DNA of 48,908 nt from Octopus bimaculoides (GCF_001194135.2 NC_068996.1:34177415-34226322), one strand, 5' to 3'; shown: positions 21,546 to 35,204, numbered from the stretch's first letter. Numbers and translations: made by a program. Notes: generated from the sequence alone by a model not told the origin.

Positions 21546-24500
21546 ATGATGGAGTCCAAGATAATGTTTTTTAAAGAAAGGCGAATGTTTAAAGGCTGAA
21601 ACATAAGTTTTGATCATTAGTTTGTTGGATCAGGATTGTCCCAGGGCTATACAACAACATCATCATCATCAACAACAACAACAACAACCACATGGAAGGA
21701 ATTCGATATTCTTTCTGTTTGATCCTGAGAATATGGTCTGACTATTTACAGACTACAATCAAAATTGAGGTTCAGTTCCAAAAGCCAAGTGCATTCAGAG
21801 CCCAAAAGAAAACAGCAATATTGTGTCTTTCTACCAAATATATGAAATTAATAACTATAATTAGAGAAACCCATACAATAATTAGCAACATTTCTGATGA
21901 AAGAAATGTTAAATAAGGTTATGTATTTAAATTTTTTTTTCAGGCATTACATTGTACCTTTGCCCAGTCTTTTTACTTAATGGTATTAGCTTCTCTTTTT
22001 CTGACAATGCTGAATATGTGAATGGTCAGGTAGAAATGTTAGATCATTGAAAAAAATTTCTTGTGGTATCTAATTATGTTATGAATTCAACTTTACTTTT
22101 CATCCTCTGGGTTGATAAAATACGATATCAGTGAAATACTAGGATAGATTCAATATTTCTAGAAAATATCCTAGATGTGAATGAAATTATAGTAGAAGAC
22201 TAGGTGATGAAATATGATCTTTGGTTGCTGAGCCTCAAGGAGGCAATGACAAGTGACTGAGACTTCTGGCGATTTGCTGTTCTTGAGAAGACGTGAAGCT
22301 AGTGAATCAGGGTCATTGTGAGTGACAATGACACATAAAAGGTACTTGTGCCAGTGACATGTCAGAAACATCTAGTACACTCTGTAAAATGGTTGACATT
22401 AGGAAGGGCATCCATTCATAGAAACCATGTCAAAACAGATCACTGGAGCCTGATGCAGCTGTCTGGCTTACCAGTTCCAGTCAAACCAGCCAACCCATGT
22501 CAGCATGAAAAATAGACATTAAATGATGATGATGATTACGACGATGACAACTAACTTTATCTTGCATCCTCTCAGGTTTGTTAAAAATAAGAAACCAGTG
22601 AAATACTAAGGTAGATTTAATAATCCTCTAAAACACCCTAGATGTGAATGGAATTATAATAGATTTAGAACTATAATGTAGAAGAAAGGAAAACTCTGAG
22701 GTGTTCATGGCTCTTATAATTCCAGTCAGACTGGATGCAATTATCTTCCTTAAAGTTATCACTAGTGTGAAATGGTGTAAACTTGTATTAAACTGGATTA
22801 TAAATTAGATGAGGGTCTCCACTTAGTATTAGCCAATCTGTGCTGATGTTTATTCCCTAATCTTGTAGATGATAAGATACTGCAGGGTATGGCGGAAGCT
22901 TTCAGTGAGTTTATTTTGAGTTTCAAGTCACTTCATTTATGCAATTATTTTCTTTAGAATAGCTATGACTATCACAACTTGTTTCTCAACCTCATCTACC
23001 TTACTCTGCATTCGTCAGAGATAGCAGCCAGATCTTCCTCAAATCATACCCTGCTGTCATATTTAAAGACAGGTTACTAAATAATGTGGAGAGAGAGAGA
23101 GAATGATTTACTCAGAGCATGTTTTTAATTATATATTCCTTTGAACATTGGAAAGAGTTTTTTAACATTAAAAATACATTAATGTAGATAAATTCACATT
23201 CATAAATTGAAATAAGGCAAGATATTTGAAGAAGCAATTATTTTTAAAAATAACGAATGACAGAATGAAAGCTATTTTGTTTGTATTGATTATGTTACTA
23301 TATTAATTAGACAAAAGAGCAACAGCCGTGTTAAATAAAAAAAAATTTTAACAATTATATAATCAATAAATTCCACGTAGACCAAAATTATTGATAGCTG
23401 ACATGTGACATTTTAAAGGTTCATTTATTCCCAAACGAACATCATTTCATCATTCACCGCTTTCATGTAGCATGATAAATATGTAGTTGTTACTATTGAT
23501 TTATTCGTACTAAATTTTGATAGGAGAGGAGTATGATCAATGGAATCCACTTCAGCATTTTGCTGGACCTGAAAGAACTTCATTCTTACAATATAGAAAT
23601 TCAGAATATTGTGAACTATTCACTCCAGTGCTTTGTCGTTTTGCCGTCTACTCTGTAGTAAATTACAGATATGTTGTTAATCGTTTCCGAGTAATAAATA
23701 TATATACAAATAATTGCCAAAACCAAATTACTAGCTGATAAGAGGAATTTTTTATTCTTAATTCGGTTTACATTATTCATTGTACCCCATCTCCCATTTT
23801 CGATAAGGAAAAGAAAAATTAATACTTACTTTTACGAGCCCCAACAATATATATAGTTATTAAAAAATAATTAAGAATTTGTTGCCGAAGCAATCCAAAT
23901 ATTGCGTCAAGGTTGCCACATTAGACAGGAACCGGGTTACGCTATTATTTTATTTTCGATTTGGAGCAAAACTTACTGCTTTAAAATTTTATTTCTTGGA
24001 TGCAAAAATCCCATCCAATGTCTAAGTAAATTAAAATTGATCCACAAGTAATCTTTTTACATACATATTCAGTTTGGACCAATTTTTTAAAGCATTCTGC
24101 TACTTTCTGAAAATTTACGATCCTGTGCTATTTTATGAAATTGACAAAGTATTCCTGCGATCAGACTTCAGTGATTTAATAATGCTTAGTAATTAAAATA
24201 ATCTCTATACGGAACACTTGGATAAGGAGGGTTACACTAGAGTACTTAAATTAGTTTTTTCAACGTTGAGAGGAAGTCGGACGTATTAACGTACCAATTG
24301 ACTTGGTGCAGTTTCACGGAAGACTATTTAGAATCATATTCTAGAAATTAGTTTAGATTTTATAGGCCTTCTATTAAATAGAATTCGGCCTCGCAGATTA
24401 AAAAGGGATGCACATTGTCGAAAATTCGGGTCGTTAGATTTGTTTGTGTAACGTCCTACCAATAAACTCTTTATTACTTTTTATCCAGGAATTCATCGAG

Positions 24501-24914
24501 TTAAACAAACATACTTTCCCATTGTTTTCCTCCAAAGAACATCAAGCGCAACTCAATACTGATTTGCAACACTGACACAAGGGCATAAATTTCAGATTGA
24601 GGGGTTATAATAGATTAGATCGACTGCAGTATTTGAATGGGACTTTATTTTATCGATCCTGAAGATGATGAGAGACAATGTCGTCTTCTATGAGATTTGA
24701 ACTCAGAACGTAAAGGACCGCAACTAAATATTGCAAGGCATTATTAAATTACTTCACATTTTTTTCTCTTGATCGGCGCTCATTCTACCGTTTCTGCCAA
24801 TCTAGTGACCTTAGCGAACATAAAATATTACGTAGATATTTAATATGAGATTAGAAGAGAGAGCAATAGCAAAGAGGGTCGGTCATAGATTAGAGTCGGA
24901 AGCAGTGCTGCCCT

Positions 24915-24933
24915 CCAATCAACACTGGCCACG
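24915..24933 (+). promoter_or_regulatory. ER-stress response element (ERSE), overlapping the CCACGTGG palindrome
   Basis: CCAAT-caacactgg-CCACG is an exact CCAAT-N9-CCACG consensus, 230 bp upstream of the HRD1 ATG. Confidence 0.75.
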
Positions 24934-25162
24934 TGGTCAGGTCGTCTGGCATAAACAGACGCCATATTCATCAGTCATACATACGCGTACGTACATACAC
25001 ATACTGACACATGCACATACGTACACGCACATATACATACACTGACATCGACATCATATCATTGTTTATAACGACATTTCTTGGGGGACAGTCTTACAAT
25101 TATTGCACGAAAATATAATTAATACACACACAAACCCCGAAGAAAACCAACAAGAAGCAGCC

Positions 25163-25291
25163 ATGAGGGCCTTTATGCTCACCGGGTTTAGTTTTCTGCT
25201 CACCACTGTTGTCATAGCCAATGCATATTACCAGAAAAGTCAGTTTTATCCATCTGTTGTCTACATAACCAAATCTAATGGGAGTATGGCG
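25163..25291 (+). CDS. SYVN1: E3 ubiquitin ligase HRD1/synoviolin, coding exon 1
   Basis: MRAFMLTGFSFLLTTVVIANAYYQKSQFYPSVVYITKSNGSMA matches the HRD1 N-terminus. GTAAGC donor at 25292, phase 0. Confidence 0.93.
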
Positions 25292-25510
25292 GTAAGCAAT
25301 CGCACAAACACACACAATCTCTCTCTCTATCTCTCTCTCTCTCACTTTGTATTATTGACATTAAATCGTTTGGCGTTTGTTTTAAAAAATAAGTATATAT
25401 ATAAATGTATGTATATTATATATATATATATATATGTGTGTGTGAATGTCTTATCTTTTTACATGTGGTAGTGGTAGTGGTGGGATTGTTTTAGTTTGTA
25501 TAGTGTGTGC

Positions 25511-25514
<4 letters not shown>

Positions 25515-25577
<63 letters not shown>
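25515..25577. repeat. (TA)n microsatellite
   Basis: Direct reading of the sequence. Confidence 0.95.
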
Positions 25578-25583
<6 letters not shown>

Positions 25584-25854
25584 AACATGCATATGCACAC
25601 ATACACACTCATAAATATATATGCGTGTGTGTATTGCATGAAACTGTAATGCTTCTCTTCGCTAATACTCAGAGTTTTCGACCGATTGCAGAAGTCTTGA
25701 AAGAAAGGGAAACTGCCAAGTCTTGAAAGAAAGGGAAACTGCCGAATAGCGACGTAGAGAATCACCTGTTTTGTGTATACACACACACACACATTATTAC
25801 ATATATTGAGTACTTTTCGTGCTGTTTGTTACACTATGTTTACATATATGTGCG

Positions 25855-26210
25855 TTTATGGTCGGTTGAATGGTTTAAAGAGGAGGAGTCCTCTTCGCTA
25901 TCATGAGATCCCGAGTTTAATCCTCCGTCATAGCATCTTGGGCAAGTGTGTTAACTTGGGGCTCAGGGTGACCCAATCTTTGTGAATGGAACTGTATAGA
26001 CGGCCATCATCGGATGGTCTGCAACTTTAATTTAATGGTCTATACTTGTCACAACACAGTGTCACACTGACTTACTTGAGGATTACATTAAAAATAACTT
26101 GTGCCTATTGGAATACTCAGCCACTTGACTGTAATTTAATGAATAAGTAGATCACTGATCGAGCAACTGGAAGATGCCTCATATAAACTGACGGAGATCC
26201 ATTTTATTTA
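25855..26210 (+). mobile_element. SINE-like element (tRNA-like head, GGGCAAGTG motif)
   Basis: A/B-box-like head (GGTTGAATGG...GAGTTTAATCC) followed by CTTGGGCAAGTGT, as in the other SINE copies. Confidence 0.5.
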
Positions 26211-27701
26211 TCTCTATTACCGATATACAATTTCTTTCCGTTAGGTGTTGGCCTGTGAAATCCTGATTTTCATTGCGAATATTTCTTCCCTAGGGTTAAA
26301 CCCCCCCCCCAAAAAAAAAACAAGTAATTACACACTATATAATTATCTCTGGTGCTGTCGCCTTTGTAATAAATAAATAAATACCATTAAACACCCCAAA
26401 ATTTCTTGTTAACCTCTCTTGTCATTTTGAAAACCCACACAATTACAGACATTATTAATTTCTATTTTGTAACGTAATTAAATCCGTCTATTAAATCTAT
26501 ATTCCTAGAATTATTCAGTACTTCAATCTATAGAATGTTGAATTTGAAAGGGGCTTCCTTTTACTTTATTTTGTTATTAGAAGTACCTAGCTTATTTTTA
26601 TTTGTTATTCACAGATTCCCAAACCCTTGTCTGTGCTTCATTAATAATCATAGTATTATTACATATCTACTTCTGTTATTTAGAATATCTCTATGATAGT
26701 TCATTTGGAATTGGTTTTTAAAATAACTCGTAAAAAAACGTTAAAAAATATACAATATTTTAATTCGAAACTGAAATTTTAGTTAATAATAGTAATCGTA
26801 ATAACAGTAATACTAGTGTTGATAAATACGTGTTCAAATTCCTTTGGACATTATTATCGGCTGATGCTCTTTTAATAGACATGAGATACGTTGAATTTTC
26901 GAAAATCTGAGTGAAATTTTCAAATATTCCATGCAACATGGCTAGATTAACTGTTGTTTTCTCCAGATTTACCGGTTTACTGGCTCCAAGATTGAACTTT
27001 GCGAAATTTTCGTAGAAATTCCGAATTACAGCTGCGTCGTTTTGTGTTTCGCCGTTATTGAAGAACACATTCCACATGTTCCAGTAAACTGTGGATCACT
27101 GGTGTTTCACACACACGCACACAGTCCCCGGACATAATTATGTATTATACACCAACTCAATCCTTTCAAGCTACTCACTATATAGACTTTCCGAGTTTGC
27201 AACTAAAATTTAATATTCCTTTAGTATGTAAATGTTTTAATTTGTTGCACTCATTAATTAGCTAATTATCTTCAGTAAAAATGATTAAAAATATTTTAAA
27301 CAGCTGAAATGGTAGACATAGTTATAGCCTTAAGTGTGATTTACTCTTACCCAATCACCGTGTATGTATTTTACAAAATCATCATTTTCAGAAAATCTCA
27401 ACATCAAATGCAATTCAGTTAATTTCTTGTTAAGCTTTTAATAAATCATTTATCTTTCTAAGGATTTCCAACATTGCAATTAATTCAGAAGAGCTTGCAA
27501 AACCTCTATGTAGACCCTGCAGTTTCTGCATGGAGCAAAGCATCTCTGATGTTTATTTCACCTTCAACTGAATATATTTCAATCAGGCGTGTAAGATTGA
27601 ATTTCATCAATCAAGTTGGTAAAATATCAATCTATCAATTCATAAAGGAACTCAAAATCACAATGGAAATTTTGTTTGCCTGTGTCTAGATATTGCTACT
27701 C

Positions 27702-28616
27702 GTCTCTCAGTACATATAATTTAAAACTATATAATATATATAGTTTTATATTCTAATAAAATAGTTTTAGGCACTTTATCCTTTGCATGCACCCATCAGT
27801 TTCAATCTCAAAAGCAAAAACTTTTTTTGTCTTTTTGGCTACATGTCAAAACACCCTGTGTCTCAAAATTATTAATGAACCAACAGCTCATTTCCTGTTA
27901 TGTCACTGACAGCCAAATGTTCTATTCAACAGGACAAAACCTGAATGAACATTTTAACCTTTTTCCAAAGCATTTTCATGAGTTTGACCTAAACACGTCC
28001 ATGCTTGATTTCAGACTTTTAAGTTAGCCCTTGTTTCATATGTACTGAATAATATAAAGCTTTTCTAAGTCCCAAGTTATTCTGCTGGTTGAAAAAAATT
28101 GGAAACATGTATCATACATGATGCATTGATGCCAGGCATTAGCTTAGCCAGGGGGTCACTTTTAATGGGGTGCCATTTTTGGGACTGCTGTAGGCAATAG
28201 GTGTTTCTTGTGGGGTCTGGGGGCAGCAAATGGAAGGGCCGCCCTGGGCAGCTCACATTCTAGCTATGCTAGTGAGGCCAGGGAGATATGTCTAATGAAT
28301 CACATGTGATACACAATATATGCAAAAGGTTAACCCTCTTGGAATGCCCAGGTCAATTGATCAGTCCAAGTGATCAAGCTGAAAAGACTTTGAGGCCAAT
28401 CCATCAGCCCAACGAAACCAATGTTTTGAAGTGTAATAGCCAATCAGAGATTGTCTCTTGGTAGATATAATATAAAACTATATAATATATAGTTTTATAT
28501 TCTAATAAAATAGTTTTAGGCACTTTATCCTTTTCATGTACCCATCAATTTCAATCTCAAAAGCAAAAACATTTTGGTCTTTTTGGATACTCATCAAAAC
28601 ACCCTGTGTCTAAAAT
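27702..28616 (+). repeat. Direct repeat of about 165 bp (27702-27870 / 28454-28616)
   Basis: Shared AAAACTATATAATATATAGTTTTATATTCTAATAAAATAGTTTTAGGCACTTTATCC...CAAAACACCCTGTGTCT. Confidence 0.85.
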
Positions 28617-31049
28617 GAAAAGCTCCAAAGCATATGCAGCATTTTGTTCAAGATATCAATGTGTGTGTGTTGTATGTAAACAGGAATGCATATTAGAACT
28701 ATGATTCAGTTAATCTGTTGATCAACTGTAAACACCAAGAAACCTAATCTCTTTGGTAATTAATTGATTCAGTTTGATATTACAACCCACTTCACCATGA
28801 AATATCTTCTCACTTCATTGGCCTGTGTAGTTGACTAAAAGGTATATTGAATGAAACTGGTTAGTTTGGAAGTGTAATGCCTTTTCATGTGTTGTAAAAC
28901 AAATAAAAACTGTGTGAAAGAATATGATTTGGTTTAAAGATATCATTTAAAGTATTGAAGAGAGTCGGTCGCTCTTGTTTGGACATGAGTGCTGAGTGAA
29001 TAAGTGTTGTGTTGAAAGTGATGTCTGCAGTAGATTGATTATAGCATGAAACAAGTGATGGATGTTGACTCTCGCAGACAAGATTATGCAGCATCAAGTT
29101 GAGTGGTAATTTCCATGCCATGAGAAAATGGTCAATAAAATATGTATTAGAAAATATGTATATCTGCTATATAGTCCAAATACCATGTGAAATAAGCAGA
29201 AAGAATTAACCACAAATAGAGCCATATAAAGAAAATATGCATATATTTATAGCAGTAACCTTCTAGGACATCAAGATGTTTCTGTGATACTTCTTCAGCT
29301 GGTACAGATTCCTTTTTCTATTTATTTGTTTCACATAGACATTTGGATGTTGCTCCAGTATTTTGTATTTGTTGAATACTTCTGATGAATAAATTCCTTT
29401 ATTAGATGAATTATAAAGTACCTTGTGAGGTTCATGTATGTCTCATTAATATGTATTTAAGAGATCTATATGTGCAAGAACTTAAACGATTTGGTTATGT
29501 TGCTTTATTATTGTATTCTCAGGTGATGAACTGTATATAATTAGGTATGTTTTATTTCAGTATTGTTCTGTACAACATTGTTTTGCTGTACTTCTTGCAT
29601 TCTGAGAAGGAAATATATAATTTCCATTTGAAATATTTATTAATTTACTATATTTAATTAAATATAAATTATATAATTAAATAATTTGTTTAAATTTACG
29701 ATGTGTTTTTTAATATGCTTAGATAGTCTGTAAAATATAGACAACATGTAATTTTATTAAACTTTTATTTAAACCTAATTTTAGTTCATTGATTGTTCTT
29801 AATTTAAATTAAAATTCATGCAATTTATATCATTAAGTTCACTCTATTTCATGAAATAACTTATATTTTGATCATTAAAGAACCAAAAATCTTAATAAAA
29901 AAATGAATGCCTGAATTTGGTAATCTAGCAAACTCGTATTAGTATGGAGAATTCAAATAAAATCTAAATTAATTTTTTTTGCAATGAGTTGCAAGGTTAA
30001 TCTATTTTTGTATACCATTTTTAATATGTTGCTCCAAGTTTACACTGTATAGACAGACAAGTTAAGTGTGGGAATTCCTATATTGTTTTAGTTGTTCATA
30101 CAGGTGTACTTGTCTCACAAACATTACCTTTGGTTTCTACTGTTTCTTTCAAATATATTGTCCTATTTTTTATAGTGAGTGTTATTTCTGTTTATTGAAT
30201 TCACAACTGGTTTACTGAATCAATAAGCCATTAAACAGTGGAGTCTATATTGTTCCAGTAACTGGAACAGTCATAGTACCACTTGTGTAATTTCTTAGAT
30301 TTTCATGGTATTGTTTTGGCAAGCTTTATTCTTATGTGGCTTAAAGTTCATTATCATCATGTCCATTTTCCATGCTGATCAGGAGCTTACCAGCTGAAGG
30401 GCTGTTCAGGCTCCATGTCTGTTTTGGTATGGTTTCTATAGCTGGATGCTATTCCTAACACCAACCACTTTACAGAGTGTACTGGGTGCTTATACGCAGC
30501 GCCAGCACCTACAAACCTGCAAGGTTAGGGATGCTCAACTGGTGAGGGTTGTAGGGGACAAACCTGTGTACAAGGGCAACCACACTTTTACTTAACTTGA
30601 CATGTCTTTTCAAGCACAGCAAACCTCCAGGAGTCTTGGTTTCCTGTCATCCTCTCTGTGAGTCCCAACATCTGTAGATCCTTTCTCACTACTTCATCCC
30701 ACATCTTCCTGGGCCTACCCCTTCCACATATTCCCTCTTCAATTAGAAATGAGCGCCTCTCAAGGCAACTGTCTTCATTTATACGTATTACATGGCCATA
30801 AAATTAGATGTAGTCTTCTCTCTTGCAGACTACATCTAATTTTATTTTTGTTTGTTATTGTTTTCCCAATTCACCTTGTATTATACTTCATTGAGCAAAC
30901 AGATTGTTCCATTTTGTTTTCAAGCATTAATTTCTAAAATATTTTAATGATTTCTCTTTCTATCTTTATATCTTTTCTTCATCATAGCCTGTAAATAAGA
31001 AATCTCTTCCCCCTTGCACCATCAGGGTTGATGAATGGGGACTGCCTTG

Positions 31050-32900
31050 ACAAGTGCTTGTCACTGTGATTAGTTTAAGTTAGTTCTCAGTACAGTTTGG
31101 TTGCCTGTCCACTGTTTTGATATCAGCCTACTCAGAGGACAATCTCTCACACATGAAGCTTGCCTAAAATAGTATCAAACATGATGGTTCCCTTGAGACT
31201 ATCATCAAATGGCTAGCAGTAATATAGCTGAAGTATGTTAGTTTTCACTTGGGCACAATATTTACATGACTAGGAGGGTTGCCGGCCTTCATGAAATGCA
31301 TAGCTTATGGCATCAGTACCACAATTTCAAGCTCCCAACTTTGCATCATTGTTCAGTGTTTAGCAGTTGTGTCTCACCACTATATAGAGCCACCAAGATG
31401 ACCAGTGACTTCACTACATGCATCTTTGTCTTGAGGGACACGCTTTGATGTTTTACACTTTCATCAGGTTTCTCATTACTGGCCTTTACCCAACTTGTGG
31501 TAGATATCTTTGCCTACATGTATAGCAACTGCTACAGCAGCACTTACATATATGAAGTCTTCTAGCATCTCCATCACCATGTCATTAGTCCAAATTACTG
31601 GGAACTAATCAGATTCTACAACTATTATTTGAGTTATGTTGATGTTCTGGTATAGAACGAATTGTCACTTCATACGCATGTTTTGTCAAAGTAACAAATC
31701 TTTGCACTCTTCATGGCTGGTTGGAAGTAATGAAGTAATGTGGTGTCCTTATCATATTACAGACTGCCATCATCTCCATCAAAGTCCATTTGCATCAGCA
31801 TTTCCCCAAACTGGTAATAGCTCTGTTGAATCAGTTACAACTATTGCTTTTTGAATAGACTTGAGCATATAGCATATGATTAAAACAACCAAATGGCTAG
31901 AAAAACTCATATCATGCACAATATTTCATGTAGTAATCAGTGAATATTTCATGTAGTAATCAGTGAAATACAGGTACATCTACAGCTATTTATTGTACAT
32001 TTTCTCCAGGATCTAGACAGTAGGTATCATCTCATTATATGTTAACTTTACTACAAAAACTGGTTTGTTCCTTGTGAATGTCTTAATCATACCTGTAGTT
32101 TGACTTGTTAAATGATGGAGAGCAGGATCTTGCTGGCAGGGCAAATGAAGATTGCTTGAATGTTCTTACAATGCTGACCATCATTTTTCTTCAGAATAGT
32201 GTTCAACACTGATCGCTTCTAATCAGATGTTCCAAATCAAATTATAAAGATATTGGAAGAAGAGCATGCCTTCTTCACTAGTGGCTTGTAACATTTCATT
32301 TGGTGCGTTCTCAGACCTTGGTGTCTTGTCACATTTTAGAACAAAATTTCTCAAAAATGTATAGATGTAATTATCTTCCCTACCACCCCATTTGTTATCA
32401 CAATACCTGTATAAAATTTTTCACTTCCTACTTCTTCCCCAACTCCAGAAAGTCTAACTGTCCATTTTGAGAAGCACTATCTTTTGAGCCTTCATGGCCT
32501 CTTTCATTCTGATCATAATCATAGCTCATGATTGTTTGCTGGAGACAAACAGTTTGATAATACAGTGGTCTTCCTTGTACAGTTTCTGGCAATATTTCAA
32601 GAAGTTTTGGATTTCAGAAGTTTTGGTCAGCATTTGCTTGTCTTGGTTGTAGAAGTACACTGAGCTGAAATGTGAATTTCTTAACCAACTGTTTCAAAGT
32701 TAGGTACAAGTCTTTTTCTAGGTGGTGACTTGTCTCTGTGCTGCACCTCTTCTTCTACACCTCTTCCTTCAGCTGCTATTATTGTTCATGTTCTGTATTA
32801 ATGTGACAGCCCTTGGTTGTGTGTCACCATCTGTTATCTACCATTTGCAGAGGTTAACCAGAGATGTTTTGATACAGCTCTGCAATGACATGTGGACAGT
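31050..32900 (-). mobile_element. Old RTE (BovB-like) LINE RT remnant in HRD1 intron 1
   Basis: Minus-strand broken frames resemble ASKILLSII (RT domain 1) and TKMHVVKSLVILVALYSGET (post-RT motif). There are many stops. Confidence 0.55.
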
Positions 32901-33040
32901 TTGGAGAGTGGCATATTAATTCAACTTTTTTTTTTTACTTATATTAAAGTGCAATAGATTCCTGTTACTTTATAAACTAATTACACTTTTCTCTTGGACA
33001 TTTATTTTTAATTGATTTATTTTTCTTTATTTATATTTAG

Positions 33041-33133
33041 ATTCTCTATATACAAGCTTTTGTTTTTGTTGTCCTGATGGGGAAACTCATGAGGAAAATA
33101 TTCTTTGGTCAGCTAAGAGCAGCAGAAATGGAG
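33041..33133 (+). CDS. SYVN1: HRD1/synoviolin coding exon 2
   Basis: TTTAG acceptor; ILYIQAFVFVVLMGKLMRKIFFGQLRAAEME; GT donor at 33134. Confidence 0.95.
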
Positions 33134-33208
33134 GTTTGTATGTTTTGAAATATCAACATAACTGTTTGTTCAGAGTTTATGTATAGGTCAAAGAATGTTT
33201 CAATAGAT

Positions 33209-33239
<31 letters not shown>

Positions 33240-33889
33240 GCTAGTCTTCTGTAATTTGATTTCAGATTTATTTCTTTGACCTGCTTGGATAAATTATAAT
33301 TAAGCAGTGTCATTGTAATTAACCTTAGCCAGTTCATTTAGGAATTGTCCTTGTTCTTTAGAAATCTGTCTTGGCTTTGTTGCTCAGATAAACAAAATTC
33401 AACAGAAATAGGACATTTGGATATTATGTAATTATATATGATCATATCATATAGTTCATTACAAAAAAAGAAACTTAAGAATGTGTATGTGTGTGTGTTT
33501 ATGTTCATGCTTAAACCAGTCTAAAAACTAGTATTGTTTATGTTTTGTAGTCCTGTAATTTAGCAGCTTGACAAATAGAAATTAGTAAAACAAGCACTAA
33601 AGTTGATATAAACTATCTTAGTCCAATGATTAAAACCTGTTGATGAATAAAAGTTTATATAAAAGACAGGCTATTATATATTACCTTAAATTACTCAATC
33701 TAATTGTATTATAGCTAATGCTCTTTAGGAGTTCTTTATGACTTAAGTTCATAATACAAACCTTGTATGTTCATGTTATTTAGCAGTGAATATATATTGT
33801 GATTTATTGCATTACTGAAACAAAGGCTTTTAAAGCTTCAGCTTTCTACTGACATCTTTTCATTCATTTCAATTTCATTTATTTTGTAG

Positions 33890-34042
33890 CATCTAATAGA
33901 AAGGTCTTGGTATGCTGTTACTGAGACTTGCTTGGCTTTTACAGTTTTTCGAGATGACTTCAATCCACGATTTGTGGCCATGTTCACGTTATTGTTATTT
34001 TTGAAATGTTTTCACTGGCTTGCTGAAGATAGAGTAGACTAT
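33890..34042 (+). CDS. SYVN1: HRD1/synoviolin coding exon 3
   Basis: HLIERSWYAVTETCLAFTVFRDDFNPRFVAMFTLLLFLKCFHWLAEDRVDY; AG and GTAAGT boundaries. Confidence 0.97.
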
Positions 34043-34310
34043 GTAAGTTTGTTTTAAAAGTTGTTTTTTTCACTTCTTCCTCTTGAATTACTTATTTAGT
34101 TTGGTTTTCTATTTTTTAAAAATGTTCCCTCTTAAAAATTGATAACAAGCCATTTCATTCTTGTGTCCAAAATTGAAACCACCTGTGAGGTTTTTTTTTT
34201 ATGTCTGAATTATTTGTGTATTGATTGTTTATTTTGTTTGTTGATTGGAAGTTTTATGAAAAAATTCTACATGTGGAAATTGGTGAAAAAATTTTATTTT
34301 TATTTTTCAG

Positions 34311-34359
34311 ATGGAAAGAAGTCCCATGATAACAATTCGATTCCATATTAGGGTCATGT
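34311..34359 (+). CDS. SYVN1: HRD1/synoviolin coding exon 4
   Basis: MERSPMITIRFHIRVM + 1 nt; TTTCAG and GTAAGT boundaries. Confidence 0.93.
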
Positions 34360-35173
34360 GTAAGTGTTAAAATTTACATTTAAAAAAAATAAAGGAATGG
34401 TAAATGTGGTAGTGTCAGCCTAAAGGTTTTATTCCCTCCTCTCTCCCTCCTTCCCTATCTTTCCTGCCCTCCCTCTCCCCCTCTCACATTTCTGAGTTCC
34501 ATCCCACCCATGCCAGCATGGAAGGCAGATGTTAAACGATGATGATGATGAAATCTGATGTGATCATTTTCTTTTAAATTAATTAAATAAGTACTAGTAA
34601 TATATTTGTATCAGTTCACTTGGATATATATCTCTACCTCCTAAGTTGTTGAACATCTACTGAAAGGAATCATTATTAACTGGAACTTAAAACTGTGTTG
34701 TTGACCAAAACAATAGAATAGTGTGCTAAATATCTATTGTAGTCTCATTCTTCTATGATGAGTGCATTCACATTTTACCAATAACAAGTTTATCATTCTG
34801 GGGATTGATAAACTTATTGGTAAAATAGTGGTGTCATTTCAATCAGAAATTTGCTAATATGTTGCTATTGTATCTATTTGAGATACATCATTATTTTTTT
34901 CAAGTCTGAAATTTCAATAAAAATCAGCTTCATGATGTTTATTTTTGCTTGTAAGGGTACTCTCTCTTTACTCTTTTACTTGTTTCAGTCATTTGACTGT
35001 GGCCATGCTGGAGCACTGCCTTTAGTTGAGCAAATCGACCCCAGGACTTATTCTTTGGAAGCCTAGTACTTATTCAATCAGTCTCTTTTGCCGAACCGCT
35101 AAGTTACGGGGATGTAAACACACCACCATCGGTTGTCAAGTGATGTTGGAGGGACAAACACAGACACGCAAAC

Positions 35174-35204
<31 letters not shown>

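Noticed and set aside
22700-23100. Possible minus-strand coding exon of a neighbouring gene
   Set aside because: Frames are interrupted by stops and look more like a decayed LINE ORF1 fragment. No consistent exon chain was found.
25692-25743. Perfect 26-bp tandem duplication with GGGAAACTGCC (NF-kB-like); a similar 23-bp duplication lies at about 31920
   Set aside because: Ordinary slippage duplications. The motif does not fit the GGGRNNYYCC consensus.
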